Notes: generated by a model not told the origin, from the sequence alone. A stretch of 64,000 nt of DNA from an uncultured Candidatus Actinomarina sp. (GCA_902566515.1 CACFIX010000001.1:32220-96219); one strand, 5' to 3'; positions 9,932-20,939 are shown, counted from the first letter of the stretch. Program-made: numbers and translations.

Positions 9932-10329
9932 TTTGAGTAATTTTCTACATTATATGTTTCGCCATCGCTTGAAACATACTCATTATCATGCTTAACTAAC
10001 ATGTCGTCAGCAAGGAATAACTTATCATCAAATACTCCATCAAGAATTACACCCATATTTTCCTGAAAAAGTTCAGGAACAAATCCATCAAATACAATAT
10101 CAATATCTTTATTCCCATCAGTTATTGTAAAAAGTGTAAATTCTCCATCTTTAGTGACAGAATCTTCTACAACAAATCCTCCAAGTTTTATTCTCTCTTC
10201 ATTTGATATTTCTATTCCCAAAGTCTCTGAGGTCGTGTAATAGTAAATAGTATTTCTAGATGCAATTACAGAACTTGCATAAATAATCAAGCCAATGCCC
10301 AGTAGGACAATTAATAGATTTTTTTTCAC
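9928..10329 (-). CDS. ccmE: Haem chaperone CcmE
   Basis: N-terminal TM anchor, OB-fold region, C-terminal LVKHDNEY (haem-binding His context). Confidence 0.75.
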   Translation of the reverse strand: MKKNLLIVLLGIGLIIYASSVIASRNTIYYYTTSETLGIEISNEERIKLGGFVVEDSVTKDGEFTLFTITDGNKDIDIVFDGFVPELFQENMGVILDGVFDDKLFLADDMLVKHDNEYVSSDGETYNVENYSK

Positions 10330-10334
10330 TTTAC

Positions 10335-11003
10335 TTAAATTTTAGCTCTTGATTGAGGATTTAAATAATCTTCCCACGATATATCATTTGATATTCTGAA
10401 TCTTTTAGTAAGAAAAATATGAACAAGTGTTACCAGTAAAACACTAATTAGTAGAGTTACAAGGATATCACTAGACATAGGTGCATCACCTGAAGCTACA
10501 GTTTCCTGACTTAATATGCTTGCTTGTTGGTGAACAGATCTCCACCATATAACACTGAAATGCAAAATTGGAATTTGTATAACTCCAAAGATTCCAATAA
10601 TTGATGAATTTTTTGCAGTTTTAGCTAAATCTTTATTGAATTGTCTTGAGGCTATGTAACCCAAATAAACTAGTAAAAGTATTGCTGTTAAATTAAGCCT
10701 TGCATCGCCCCATACCCACCATGTTCCCCAGGTGAGCTTTCCCCAATATGATCCGGAAAGTAAAGTAACAATGGTAAAAATTACGCCAGATTTTGCATTA
10801 GCAACTGCAAGTGAATCGTATTTTTCTTTTTTGGTAAAGAAATATAAAACCGAGTACAAAAAAGTAAGCGAGTAGCCTAAATATGCAACCCAAACTGTAG
10901 GTACGTGAACGTATAACAATTTTGATGAAATACCTTGGGTGACATCGTAAGGCCCAAAAGACGCTACGGCGACCCAAACCAATAGAGGTCCATATAGCAT
11001 CAT
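10335..11003 (-). CDS. ccmC: Haem exporter protein CcmC
   Basis: WGKLTWGTWWVWGDARLN tryptophan-rich WWD motif, 6 TM. Confidence 0.8.
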   Translation of the reverse strand: MMLYGPLLVWVAVASFGPYDVTQGISSKLLYVHVPTVWVAYLGYSLTFLYSVLYFFTKKEKYDSLAVANAKSGVIFTIVTLLSGSYWGKLTWGTWWVWGDARLNLTAILLLVYLGYIASRQFNKDLAKTAKNSSIIGIFGVIQIPILHFSVIWWRSVHQQASILSQETVASGDAPMSSDILVTLLISVLLVTLVHIFLTKRFRISNDISWEDYLNPQSRAKI

Positions 11004-11635
11004 TATGATTTTCTTAAATAAAAATTAGTGAAAGAGTAAATGACCATAGTTATTCCTAAAAACATCAATATATAAATATTACTTATTTCTTGATTTACAC
11101 CTAACCAGAGGGGTGCGATTAAAATTGCGAAACCAATATAAATAGGAACAATCAATGTAAATTGCACAAATCTATTACTGAAAGAAGTAAAAATTTGGAA
11201 AAATAAATTTATCATGATTGTGTTCAAGCAAAAAAATAAAACTGATAAACATATATGAAATAAAGATGAATTTAACGAAGTGTTTGTAAAACCTGAAAAG
11301 AGAATTAACAAAATAATTATTTGTGGATAAAAAATTATTAATTCTGAGGATGTCTTGCTATAAAAATAATCTACTTTCTTTATAGAACCAAAATTTAGTT
11401 CTTTTATTAATTTCTGCTCATTTAGGGGGTTTCTGATTGAAAAAAGTGTTGTAAATATAATTAAAAATAAAAGCTCAACAATCAAAAATATATCATTTTC
11501 AACACGAAATCTATTTTCTGACAAAATGGGAAAAACTATTATTAAAACGCACATTGTGGGAGTAATTAGAAATAAAGATGTATTATTTCTAAATTCCATA
11601 TTTAGTTCTTTTTTTATAATGTATTTTTTAATCAT
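11003..11635 (-). CDS. Putative CcmB-like ABC-2 permease (divergent)
   Basis: 210 aa, about 6 TM, located between ccmA and ccmC; canonical CcmB motif not recognised. Confidence 0.4.
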   Translation of the reverse strand: MIKKYIIKKELNMEFRNNTSLFLITPTMCVLIIVFPILSENRFRVENDIFLIVELLFLIIFTTLFSIRNPLNEQKLIKELNFGSIKKVDYFYSKTSSELIIFYPQIIILLILFSGFTNTSLNSSLFHICLSVLFFCLNTIMINLFFQIFTSFSNRFVQFTLIVPIYIGFAILIAPLWLGVNQEISNIYILMFLGITMVIYSFTNFYLRKS

Positions 11636-12221
11636 TTAAATTAAATGACCTTTCAATTGACGTAAATGCACCAATACTTTCTTGACTAGACAAAATGGAA
11701 GTATTACCTTCCTTTTCTCTTTTTTTAATAAGATTTAGTAATAGGTCAACTCCGTTCTCATCAAGATATACTCTGGGCTCATCAATACAAAGCACCTTTG
11801 GGTTTTTAATGTCTGCAATTGCAATTTCACTTCTCTTAACCATTCCACTTGAAAAATCTCTAACTAGATCACTCTTAAAACTTTCTAGTTCATATTTATT
11901 AAGAACATTCGATATCATGTTTTCATTAATATTGTCGTTAAATAAAAAATATTTAATATTTTCCAGCAAAGAAAGTTCGGGCATTAGAGATGGGGAAGAG
12001 CCAATTTCCATTAATGAAGTGTCTTTTCTGCGTATATTAGAGTTAAAAGTGTTTCCTATAAAATTATTACTTATACACATGATTAGCGTAGTTTTCCCCG
12101 AACCATTTTTTCCTGTAATTTCATAATTTTTTGAAAAGTTTAAAGAAATTTCTAGATTTTTAATTACAAGTTGATTGCCGTAACCGAGCGTTAGATTGTC
12201 AGATTCAAAAAATAAACTCAT
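11628..12221 (-). CDS. ccmA: ABC transporter ATP-binding protein CcmA
   Basis: Walker A GKNGSGKTTL, signature FSSGMVKR, Walker B LCIDEP; about 200 aa as for CcmA. Confidence 0.7.
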   Translation of the reverse strand: MSLFFESDNLTLGYGNQLVIKNLEISLNFSKNYEITGKNGSGKTTLIMCISNNFIGNTFNSNIRRKDTSLMEIGSSPSLMPELSLLENIKYFLFNDNINENMISNVLNKYELESFKSDLVRDFSSGMVKRSEIAIADIKNPKVLCIDEPRVYLDENGVDLLLNLIKKREKEGNTSILSSQESIGAFTSIERSFNLND

Positions 12222-13732
12222 AATACTATTGTATTAGCTTCTGATTTTCTTAGGTAACGCAAAATTATTTGAAGTTCACTTAAGAAATGTTGAAAAGAAT
12301 ATTCCTCATTCAAATTATTGATTTCAAATAAATTATTAGAATCGTTAAAACTTTCTACAAAAATTTGTTTTCCTTGAATCTTAATTCCATGATTTGATAG
12401 CTTTGAATTAAGGTCTTCATTATTTTGTAGTATTTTGTTAAATAAATCTGAAAATTCTTGGTGTTCCACAAGTATGGATAACAATAATTTGTATTTTTGA
12501 GCATTTTCAAAGTCTAAATTTTTAGAGTAATTCTTAATTAATTTTTTTATTTCTGAAATATTTATATCTAGATTCTCAAAATAATTTTTAAACTCTTCAT
12601 TTTTTTGGATTAAGTAATTTTCTAAACTGAAATTTTCTATACAAGCGCATTGAGAATTTAATAATAATGAAATATCACATATCTCTTTTCTTGCATTATT
12701 TTTCTTGCACTTTATTAATTGAAATATTTCTTCTATAGACCTTTTATAATTAACTGCTTTTGAGTAACTTAGAAAAGGTCCAAATTTGTAAAGTGTATTT
12801 TTTGTATTTTCAATTTTAGAAATTTCAAGTCTAAGTTTATTATTTTTTAACTTAACCCAATAAATATTTTTTGGTACTTTACCGCTTCTATTGTAAATTG
12901 GTTTGAAAAAATTAATTATTCTATGCTCTGCAATGAGTGCTATTAATTCATTATCCAACTCAATAAAATTTAAAGTATTTGAATTAGTTACTATTTTATT
13001 TGACTTATAACTTCTCGCATAACTTAGGTGTGATCCAATTCTATTTCTTAGATTGTTTGATTTTCCTACATATTGAATTTTGTTATTTTGCAAAAAACAA
13101 TAAATACCAATTGAATTAGGTATATCTTCATAGGAAAATTTAACTTTTAATTCATCATCAACTTCGTTTAAAAAAGAATTTAAATGTGAAATATTTTTTT
13201 TATTTGTAATTCTTTCATCACTAGCAAGATTGTTAAATACTTCATAAGTTGTTAGAACATCGGCTTTTGCGTTATGGTCATTCTTATTAGTTGTCTTAAA
13301 GTAACGACTTAATGTAGATAATTTATGATTTTTAACTTTATTCCTCAACAGAGCTCTTGATAACTTTAACGTATCAATATTTTCGTTAGCAATATTTTGA
13401 AACCCATTATTTATTAGGTCATAATTTAAAAAAGATAAATCGAATTTTAAATTATGACCTATAACAACAGAATCACTTATAAAAGTTTTAATATTTTCAA
13501 TTTCCTGATCAATTGTGGGGGAGGAATTGACATGCCATTGATATATCCCTGTTAAATTTGAAATGAATAATGGAATTTCAATTTCTGGATTAAATTTTGA
13601 ATGATATTCTTCTAGAACTTCATTGTTGTAAACTTTCAGCATATAAAGTTCAATAATTTTGTCAGTATTAGCTTTTATTCCAGTAGTTTCAATATCTAAA
13701 ACAACAATATTTTTATTCTTTATAAATTCCAA
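12218..13732 (-). CDS. DnaQ-family 3'-5' exonuclease fused to a GIY-YIG nuclease domain, with an uncharacterised C-terminal region
   Basis: N-terminal VLDIETTG (DEDD exo I motif); mid GIYCF...YVGKSNNLRNRIGSH...ELDNELIALIAEHRIINFFKPIYN (GIY-YIG with Arg/His/Glu/Asn); about 220 aa C-terminal region of unknown fold. Confidence 0.65.
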   Translation of the reverse strand: MEFIKNKNIVVLDIETTGIKANTDKIIELYMLKVYNNEVLEEYHSKFNPEIEIPLFISNLTGIYQWHVNSSPTIDQEIENIKTFISDSVVIGHNLKFDLSFLNYDLINNGFQNIANENIDTLKLSRALLRNKVKNHKLSTLSRYFKTTNKNDHNAKADVLTTYEVFNNLASDERITNKKNISHLNSFLNEVDDELKVKFSYEDIPNSIGIYCFLQNNKIQYVGKSNNLRNRIGSHLSYARSYKSNKIVTNSNTLNFIELDNELIALIAEHRIINFFKPIYNRSGKVPKNIYWVKLKNNKLRLEISKIENTKNTLYKFGPFLSYSKAVNYKRSIEEIFQLIKCKKNNARKEICDISLLLNSQCACIENFSLENYLIQKNEEFKNYFENLDINISEIKKLIKNYSKNLDFENAQKYKLLLSILVEHQEFSDLFNKILQNNEDLNSKLSNHGIKIQGKQIFVESFNDSNNLFEINNLNEEYSFQHFLSELQIILRYLRKSEANTIVL

Positions 13733-14524
13733 TTATTTTGTCAGCTCCCACATTGCTATAGCTGCTGCTGTAGATGCATTTATTGAGTCAACATTATTTG
13801 TTGATCTAATAAATAGGGAAGTGTAGTTAGAGTTAAACCAATTATCAGATATACCATATTGTTCAGCACCAACTACCAATGCAAAATTCTGATTAGGAAT
13901 AAAACCTTCAAGACTCTCATCTCCCTCAGGGTCTAATAACAGTACTTGGTAATCATTAGCCTCCAATAATGAAATTATTTCATCATTACTTCCACTAGAT
14001 ATATTTGAATTAAATAAGTGACCTATTGAAGCTCTTATAACATTAGGATTATATACATCAGTTATTTCATCAGATAATAATATATTATTTATACCAAATG
14101 ATTTTGAGGTTCTAATCATGGTTCCTAAATTTCCAGGTTTCTCAATTTGGTCAGGTATAAGAATAGGGCCAGAAATTGTTTTGGGTAACTTGTTTTTAAT
14201 TACATCAAATATAGAAATAATTCCGTCTGGTTTATCACGATAAGATATTTCTTTAAATACTTTAATTGCTACTTGTACAATTCGAATATTTTTATTTTCA
14301 AATTTTCTAATCAGTTTTTCATTATTGTCACCTACAAATAATTCTGGACAAATATATAAAGTGTCTACATTTAAGCTAGATTCGATTAAGTTTAAGTTTT
14401 CCCGGTATCCTTCAGCAATAGATTTATTTTCAGATTTTCTATTTCTATTTTTTTTGAGAGAAATTAAAAATTTATATTCTGGATTATTTAAAGATTCAAT
14501 ATATTTATTTATTGAATTGCTCAT
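13733..14524 (-). CDS. TrmH/SpoU-family RNA 2'-O-methyltransferase (RlmB-like)
   Basis: SpoU methylase motifs ...LLLDPEGDESLEGF...ALVVGAEQYGIS... Confidence 0.65.
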   Translation of the reverse strand: MSNSINKYIESLNNPEYKFLISLKKNRNRKSENKSIAEGYRENLNLIESSLNVDTLYICPELFVGDNNEKLIRKFENKNIRIVQVAIKVFKEISYRDKPDGIISIFDVIKNKLPKTISGPILIPDQIEKPGNLGTMIRTSKSFGINNILLSDEITDVYNPNVIRASIGHLFNSNISSGSNDEIISLLEANDYQVLLLDPEGDESLEGFIPNQNFALVVGAEQYGISDNWFNSNYTSLFIRSTNNVDSINASTAAAIAMWELTK

Positions 14525-15113
14525 AATGTACTAGTTTTTTCTTTAATTTTGGATTTGATTTTTTGTCAACTTCAATATTATCTTCTATCCCTGCAGTAAT
14601 CATTCCAATAATTTTATATGTATTTGGAATACTTAACATTTTATGTATGCCATCCCTATCTGTATTATGTAATCCCATAAATCCACTTTTGAATTCTTGC
14701 TCTTCAATTAATAACATACAATTCATCATTGCTGCACCTGCATCTACATACCAATAAGGAATATCCCAATCTTTTGAACTTACGCTTTTAATTTTGTCAG
14801 AACTCTCGTACCTCTCATGGTAAGCATTCTCATTTAATAAGATAAAAAATAAACAAATGGAATTTGATATCCATTTTGGCTTTCCTTTTTTGATATACTC
14901 TAGCTCATTAAAGTGTTTAGCAATATTCTTAATGTTTTGTTTATTAGTTACTTGTAAAATTTCTATCCCACGCGAAAACCCTGCAGTTGGGATTTTTACG
15001 CTAAATTTTGAGATATTTTTTAATTTTTTAGGGTCAAATTCGCTTTTTTTATAATTTCTTACAACTTTTCTATTTGATAAAAGGTTTTCTAGGTAAGTGA
15101 AATCTTCACTCAT
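14505..15113 (-). CDS. Nitroreductase-family protein
   Basis: N-terminal LLSNRKVVRNYKKSEF resembles the nitroreductase RRSxRxF motif; about 200 aa. Confidence 0.55.
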   Translation of the reverse strand: MSEDFTYLENLLSNRKVVRNYKKSEFDPKKLKNISKFSVKIPTAGFSRGIEILQVTNKQNIKNIAKHFNELEYIKKGKPKWISNSICLFFILLNENAYHERYESSDKIKSVSSKDWDIPYWYVDAGAAMMNCMLLIEEQEFKSGFMGLHNTDRDGIHKMLSIPNTYKIIGMITAGIEDNIEVDKKSNPKLKKKLVHYEQFNK

Positions 15114-16173
15114 TTAAATTAGATAATTCTTCAACTACTGAATCACCAACTTCTTCAGTAGACATTCCCATTTTCCCAGCTGAAAGAGAATCTAATTTAA
15201 TTGCCGTGTTAATGATTGCTTTTTCAATATCGGATGCATATTTTTCTTCACCTAATTCTTTGACCATCATTGCACCAGCACCTATACAAGCAAGAGGATT
15301 GATGATATTTTTACCTGTATACTTTGGTGCAGATCCTCCTATAGGTTCAAACATTGATGTTCCTGAAGGATTGATATTACCGCCTGCAGCGATTCCCATT
15401 CCTCCCTGAATCATTGCACCTAAATCAGTAATGATGTCTCCAAACATATTATCTGTAACAATGACATCAAACCATTCTGGATTTTTAACCATCCACATAC
15501 AAATTGCATCTACATGTCCATAATCAGTTTCAATTTCAGGATAATCTTTTGCAACATCATAAAAAATCCTTTCCCATAAATCATGTGCATAAGTTAGTAC
15601 ATTTGTTTTTGCACAGAGAGTAATTTTTTTTCTATTGTTGTTCTTTGTATATTCAAAAGCGTATTTTATGCATCGGTAAATTGCATGATATGAATTTATT
15701 GATTCTTGAGTTGCTATTTCATTTTCAGTTCCATAATGAATATAGCCTCCAGCTCCAGCATATAATCCTTCTGTATTTTCTCTGACAACAATAAAATCAA
15801 TATCTCCAGGCTCTTTATTGGCAAGTGGGGTTTCTACACCGGGATATAAAATGACTGGTCTGAGATTAATATATTGGTCAAACTCTTTCCTAAGTTTGAG
15901 AAGAATACCTTGCTCTAATATTCCAGGTTTTACATCTGGGTGGCCAATTGCGCCGAGAAGTACCGCATCAGAATCTTGAAATTGTTTAATATCATTATCT
16001 GTAACTAAATCTCCAGTTTTTAAATATCTATCTCCTCCAAGATCATTCTGAGAGAAATTGAATTGAGTATCGTAATAAGATGAGGTTTTACTTAGTACTT
16101 TAACTGCTTGATTGACTACTTCAGGACCTGTACCATCTCCAGGGAGAAGTGAGATATTAAAAGTTTTACTCAT
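15106..16173 (-). CDS. leuB: 3-isopropylmalate dehydrogenase
   Basis: IDH/IMDH family motifs ([23 protein letters not shown]); adjacent to leuA. Confidence 0.8.
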   Translation of the reverse strand: MSKTFNISLLPGDGTGPEVVNQAVKVLSKTSSYYDTQFNFSQNDLGGDRYLKTGDLVTDNDIKQFQDSDAVLLGAIGHPDVKPGILEQGILLKLRKEFDQYINLRPVILYPGVETPLANKEPGDIDFIVVRENTEGLYAGAGGYIHYGTENEIATQESINSYHAIYRCIKYAFEYTKNNNRKKITLCAKTNVLTYAHDLWERIFYDVAKDYPEIETDYGHVDAICMWMVKNPEWFDVIVTDNMFGDIITDLGAMIQGGMGIAAGGNINPSGTSMFEPIGGSAPKYTGKNIINPLACIGAGAMMVKELGEEKYASDIEKAIINTAIKLDSLSAGKMGMSTEEVGDSVVEELSNLNE

Positions 16174-17660
16174 TTATTTAATGCATTTAGGAATGATTCA
16201 ACTGAACCTTGAACTACATCTGTAGATACAGCACGTCCTTGTTTCATCAAATGTCCATCATTTACTATTGTAACGATTTCTGCAGTTGCATCTGAACCTT
16301 TAGTAATACTTTCTACACGGTAATCAATTAATATTGCATCAGAATCTAGTATCTTCTTTACCGCAGTAAATGCTGCATGAATCATTCCGTCACCGGTTGC
16401 CTCTTCTGTCACTTCATTTTCGCCTACCTTAAGTGTTACTTTTGCAGATGCATATTCATCCTTACTATTTACGGATACAGATATTAACTTTGTTGAATTT
16501 TCTTTGTTTTCAACTTGTCCAACAATAGCTCTTAATTCATTTTCAACTATCTCACCCTTTCTATCTGCAATTTTCTTAAAAGTATCAAATGCATTACTAA
16601 ATGAATCATCATCAAGGCTTATATTTAAATTGTCCAGAGCATCTTTAAATCCAGCGCGACCAGAATGTTTACCTAAAATTATTTTTGCTTCTTGGCCTAC
16701 AGAGTCTGGGGACATTATTTCGTAAGTCATAGTATTTCTTAAATAACCATGTTGATGAATTCCAGACTCGTGACTGAATGCATTTTTTCCAACAACCGCT
16801 TTATTGTATTGAACAGGATATCCTGTTAATTTAGAAACTAACCTAGAAGTTTCAAAAATTTCAGTAGTTTCTGCTTTTATATCCACTCCAAACTGATCTT
16901 GTCTTGTTTTTATTGCCATAATGATTTCTTCTGTTGAAGTATTACCAGCTCTTTCCCCGATACCATTAATTGCACCTTCTATTTGTCTTGCTCCTGCGGT
17001 TATTGCCGTAAGAGAGTTAGCAACTGCTAATCCAAGATCGTTGTGACAATGAGTAGAAATAATGACATCTTCATTACCGCCCTTAACATCTTCATATACT
17101 GATTGAAGAAGGTCTAGATAATCCTTTGGAGTTGCATAGCCTACTGTGTCAGGAACATTTATAGTTGTAGCGCCCTCTTCTACAGCAATTTTTAACACTT
17201 CTATTAAGAAGTCTTTATCTGTTCTTGTTGCATCTTGTGCAGAAAACTCAACATCTTGACATAATTTTTTTGCATACTTTACAGATTCTCTTGTGTCTTT
17301 AAGAATGTCTTCCTTTGTTTTTCGTAGCATATGTTCCATATGAATTTCTGATGTAGAGGTAAAGACATGAATCCTTGAATCTTTAGCAACTTTGATTGCT
17401 TCCCAAGCTTGTTCAATATCATCTGGATGACATCTTGCAAGAGATGCAATTTTAGAATTTTTAATATTTTTTGCAATTAAATTAACACCTTCCCAATCAC
17501 CAGGAGAGGATGCTGCAAACCCCGCTTCAATTACATCAACTTTAAGCTTTTCTAACTGCTGTGCTATTAATAGTTTTTCTGACGGAGTTAAAGCAATACC
17601 CGGACTTTGCTCTCCATCTCGAAGCGTAGTATCAAATATTACAAGTCTATCTTCACTCAT
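16170..17660 (-). CDS. leuA: 2-isopropylmalate synthase (citramalate synthase not excluded)
   Basis: [20 protein letters not shown]-like TIM barrel plus C-terminal LeuA regulatory domain. Confidence 0.75.
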   Translation of the reverse strand: MSEDRLVIFDTTLRDGEQSPGIALTPSEKLLIAQQLEKLKVDVIEAGFAASSPGDWEGVNLIAKNIKNSKIASLARCHPDDIEQAWEAIKVAKDSRIHVFTSTSEIHMEHMLRKTKEDILKDTRESVKYAKKLCQDVEFSAQDATRTDKDFLIEVLKIAVEEGATTINVPDTVGYATPKDYLDLLQSVYEDVKGGNEDVIISTHCHNDLGLAVANSLTAITAGARQIEGAINGIGERAGNTSTEEIIMAIKTRQDQFGVDIKAETTEIFETSRLVSKLTGYPVQYNKAVVGKNAFSHESGIHQHGYLRNTMTYEIMSPDSVGQEAKIILGKHSGRAGFKDALDNLNISLDDDSFSNAFDTFKKIADRKGEIVENELRAIVGQVENKENSTKLISVSVNSKDEYASAKVTLKVGENEVTEEATGDGMIHAAFTAVKKILDSDAILIDYRVESITKGSDATAEIVTIVNDGHLMKQGRAVSTDVVQGSVESFLNALNK

Positions 17661-18673
17661 TTATCTTTTTTAACATCTTTAGCATCCAAAAAAGGCATCA
17701 TATTTCTTAAATTTTTTCCAATTGCTTCAATCTGATGAGCTGAAGCCTCTTCTCGCTTTTGATTTAGAAATGGTGCACCTTCTCTTGCTTGTGACATCCA
17801 CTCTTTTGCAAATGCACCAGATTGTATTTCTTCTAGTACTTTTTTCATTTCATTTTTTGTTTCACTTGTAATTATTCTTGAACCACGTGAAAAGTCACCG
17901 TATTCAGCTGTGTCTGAAATTGAATGTCTCATCCACTCAAAACCACCTTCATACATTAAGTCAACAATTAATTTAACTTCATGAAGAGTTTCAAAGTAGG
18001 CACTCTCAGGCTGGTATCCAGCTTCTACAAGTGTTTCGAAACCATTTCTAATCAATTCTGTTAACCCACCGCAAAGAACTACTTGTTCACCAAATAAATC
18101 AGTTTCTGTTTCTTCCTTAAAAGTAGTGTTTAGAATACCAGCACGTCCACCACCGATAGCTGAAGCGTATGAAAGAGCAATTTCATGTGTGTTTCCACTT
18201 GAGTCTTTTTCGACAGCTACTAAGCACGGCATCCCACTTCCTTCTTCATAAGTTCTTCGTAATAAATGACCTGGACCTTTCGGCGCAACCATACCAACAG
18301 ACAAATCTTCTCTTGGAATGATCTCATTAAAATGAATATTGAATCCATGAGCAAATAGTAAAGTTGCACCTTCTTTTATATTGTCTGCAATCTCAGAGTT
18401 ATAAACATCTGCCATAACCTGATCTGGAAGAAGTAACATTACAACGTCTGCACCGGACGCAGCATTTGCTAAGTTTTCAACTTTTAAACCCATTTCCTGT
18501 GCTCTTGAGAATGATTCTGAATCCTCTCTAAGGCCAACAGTAACGTCTACACCTGAATCATGTAAATTTAATGCATGTGCATGACCTTGGCTACCAAATC
18601 CAATAACAGTAACTTTTAAATCTTTAATTAGATTTTTATCAATTGATGAATCGTATATAATTTTTGTTTCCAT
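17657..18673 (-). CDS. ilvC: Ketol-acid reductoisomerase
   Basis: [25 protein letters not shown]-binding motif; 338 aa class I KARI. Confidence 0.9.
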   Translation of the reverse strand: METKIIYDSSIDKNLIKDLKVTVIGFGSQGHAHALNLHDSGVDVTVGLREDSESFSRAQEMGLKVENLANAASGADVVMLLLPDQVMADVYNSEIADNIKEGATLLFAHGFNIHFNEIIPREDLSVGMVAPKGPGHLLRRTYEEGSGMPCLVAVEKDSSGNTHEIALSYASAIGGGRAGILNTTFKEETETDLFGEQVVLCGGLTELIRNGFETLVEAGYQPESAYFETLHEVKLIVDLMYEGGFEWMRHSISDTAEYGDFSRGSRIITSETKNEMKKVLEEIQSGAFAKEWMSQAREGAPFLNQKREEASAHQIEAIGKNLRNMMPFLDAKDVKKDK

Positions 18674-18681
18674 ATCTCTCC

Positions 18682-19155
18682 TTACAAATTCGTTTGAATA
18701 GCAATCCTTCCACCTCTAACCATTTCAATTATTCCAAACGGTTTCATTAAATCCTCAAATTTATTTAATTCTTTTGATGAACCTGTAAGTTCAAAAACTG
18801 CATAATCTTGGCCTACATCTACCGAATTAGCTCCTGAGAGGCTAGCTTTTTCAATTACAGATGTTTGGCTATCTTTATTTATTGACACTTTTAATAATAA
18901 AACTTCAGTCTCTATTGTCATCTCTGGATCTAGCTCAACAATTTTTATAACATTAACTAATTTATTGAGCTGTTTTTTTACTTGTTCTACTGCATCAAGT
19001 TCAGTAACGATCGTCATTTTTGATCTTCCTTCTATGTGAGTAGGTCCTACAGACAAAGAATTTATATTAAAACCTCGTCTTGAAATAGTAGATGCAACTC
19101 TAGCTAGTACACCAGGTTTATCTTCAACCAAAACTGATAAAATTCTTTCGCTCAT
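18682..19155 (-). CDS. ilvN: Acetolactate synthase small (regulatory) subunit
   Basis: ACT domain [33 protein letters not shown]. Confidence 0.85.
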   Translation of the reverse strand: MSERILSVLVEDKPGVLARVASTISRRGFNINSLSVGPTHIEGRSKMTIVTELDAVEQVKKQLNKLVNVIKIVELDPEMTIETEVLLLKVSINKDSQTSVIEKASLSGANSVDVGQDYAVFELTGSSKELNKFEDLMKPFGIIEMVRGGRIAIQTNL

Positions 19156-20864
19156 AAATTTTTCAAATCTTCTTCATTTAAAATTATTTGGTCGTTGCTA
19201 CCACCAGCTGGGACCATAGGAAATACCATATCTTCAGGATCTACTACACAGTCAATTAACACAGGTTTATCATTTATTTTTAACATTTCCGAAAAGACAT
19301 TTTTTACTTCTGATTTTTTAGTCATTCTTAAACCTACAGCACCCATTGACTCAGCTAGCTTTACATAATCAGGAACTACATGACCTAATTCAGATGCAGA
19401 GAATTTACTATTGTAAAATATTTTTTGCCACTGTCTAACCATTCCATGATTACCGTTGTTAAATACTACAATTTTGACTGGTATATTTTCTGTGGATGCA
19501 GTAATCAATTCCTGACAAGTCATTTGAAAACAACCATCTCCATCTAAAGCTAGTACTAATTTTTCAGGATATGCAGTTTTGGCACCAATAGCTGCAGGTA
19601 ATGAATACCCCATAGTTCCAAGACCACCTGAATTTAGCCAAGTATTTGGTTCAGTAAAATTCCAATGTTGTGAAATCCACATTTGGTGTTGTCCGACACC
19701 TGATACAACAATTGCCTCTTCTTCAGTTAAATTTTGAAGCTCCTCTAGAACAAACGGAACTTTCAAAGGACCATTTTCGTTTTGATTATAAGAAAGTGGA
19801 AATTCATTTTTCATACTGTTTAATTCATTTATCCAATTTTCAGTATTAAGTTTTATATCTCCAAGAGCATTAATAAGGCCTAATATTACGCTCTTTGCAT
19901 CACCAACTATAGGCACTTGAGCTTCTCTTACTTTTCCAATTTCAGCAGGATCAATATCAGCATGAATTACTTTTGCATTCTGTGCAAAAAATGAAGGATT
20001 AGCAGTTACTCTATCATCAAATCGAACACCTATAGCAATAAGTAGATCTGATTTTTGTATAGAAGTTGTAGCTGTATAGTTTCCATGCATCCCAGGCATT
20101 TCTAAACATAACTCATGACCGTCGGGGAAAGCACCTCTGCCCATTAATGTTGTAACAACAGGAATGTTAAATTTAGTTGCTAAGTTAAAAAGTTCTTGGT
20201 TTGCTTTGGAGTGAATAATTCCACCACCAACATAAAGTATTGGTTTATTTGAATTTTTAATTAAGCTGGCTGCTTGCTGAATCATTTTTGGATTTGGTTC
20301 TAATGTAGGCTTGTATCCAGGTAAATCAAGTGGACCTGGTTCAACCCAATCAGATTTTTGATTTAAGATATCCTTTGGAATATCAATTAAAACAGGACCA
20401 GGCCTCCCTGAAGTTGCAATATACTTTGCCTCTTTTAACACTTGGGGTATTTCAGAAGCATTCGTTATTAAATAGTTGTGTTTTGTAGCAGCCATAGAAA
20501 GCCCCACAGTGTATGCCTCTTGAAAAGCATCATTACCAATTGCTTCAGAAGCTACTTGACCAGTGATAGCTAACAAAGGAGTGGAATCCATCAATGCGTT
20601 TGCTAAAGGAGTTATAAGATTTGTAGCTCCAGGTCCAGAAGTGGCGATTACAACACCAAGTTCGCCAGTTGATTGTGCATATCCCTCAGCCATGTGGCCA
20701 GCACCTTGTTCGTGTCTTGCAAGAATATGTCGTATAGGACTATCGTATAACGGATCATATGCAGGTAAGATTGCACCACCAGGCACTCCAAAAACTGTAG
20801 ATACCTTAAGGTACTCTAATCCTCTAATAACTAATTCCGCGCCTGTAAGTTGTTCTTTACTCAT
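19152..20864 (-). CDS. ilvB: Acetolactate synthase large subunit
   Basis: ThDP enzyme, 570 aa, GDG...NN ThDP-binding motif (DGDGCFQMTCQEL...NNG). Confidence 0.9.
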   Translation of the reverse strand: MSKEQLTGAELVIRGLEYLKVSTVFGVPGGAILPAYDPLYDSPIRHILARHEQGAGHMAEGYAQSTGELGVVIATSGPGATNLITPLANALMDSTPLLAITGQVASEAIGNDAFQEAYTVGLSMAATKHNYLITNASEIPQVLKEAKYIATSGRPGPVLIDIPKDILNQKSDWVEPGPLDLPGYKPTLEPNPKMIQQAASLIKNSNKPILYVGGGIIHSKANQELFNLATKFNIPVVTTLMGRGAFPDGHELCLEMPGMHGNYTATTSIQKSDLLIAIGVRFDDRVTANPSFFAQNAKVIHADIDPAEIGKVREAQVPIVGDAKSVILGLINALGDIKLNTENWINELNSMKNEFPLSYNQNENGPLKVPFVLEELQNLTEEEAIVVSGVGQHQMWISQHWNFTEPNTWLNSGGLGTMGYSLPAAIGAKTAYPEKLVLALDGDGCFQMTCQELITASTENIPVKIVVFNNGNHGMVRQWQKIFYNSKFSASELGHVVPDYVKLAESMGAVGLRMTKKSEVKNVFSEMLKINDKPVLIDCVVDPEDMVFPMVPAGGSNDQIILNEEDLKNL

Positions 20865-20890
20865 AAAAACTAAGTTACTCCATCTTTATC

Positions 20891-20916
20891 AAAAAAAAAC
20901 CTCCCGATTTGGGAGG
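20891..20916 (-). terminator. Intrinsic terminator of the ilvB leader (attenuator)
   Basis: Minus strand CCUCCCAAAUCGGGAGG followed by U9, preceded directly by a second hairpin GCGCUCAU-N9-AUGAGCGC (20917..20939). Confidence 0.6.
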
Positions 20917-20939
20917 CGCTCATCACAGCAAAATGAGCG

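Noticed and set aside
10329-10335. Search for ccmD between ccmC and ccmE
   Set aside because: Only a 5-nt gap; no small single-TM ORF on either strand in the cluster, so ccmD is not annotated
11695-12126. 143-aa plus-strand ORF inside ccmA
   Set aside because: Antisense to an ABC ATPase with intact Walker motifs; shadow ORF
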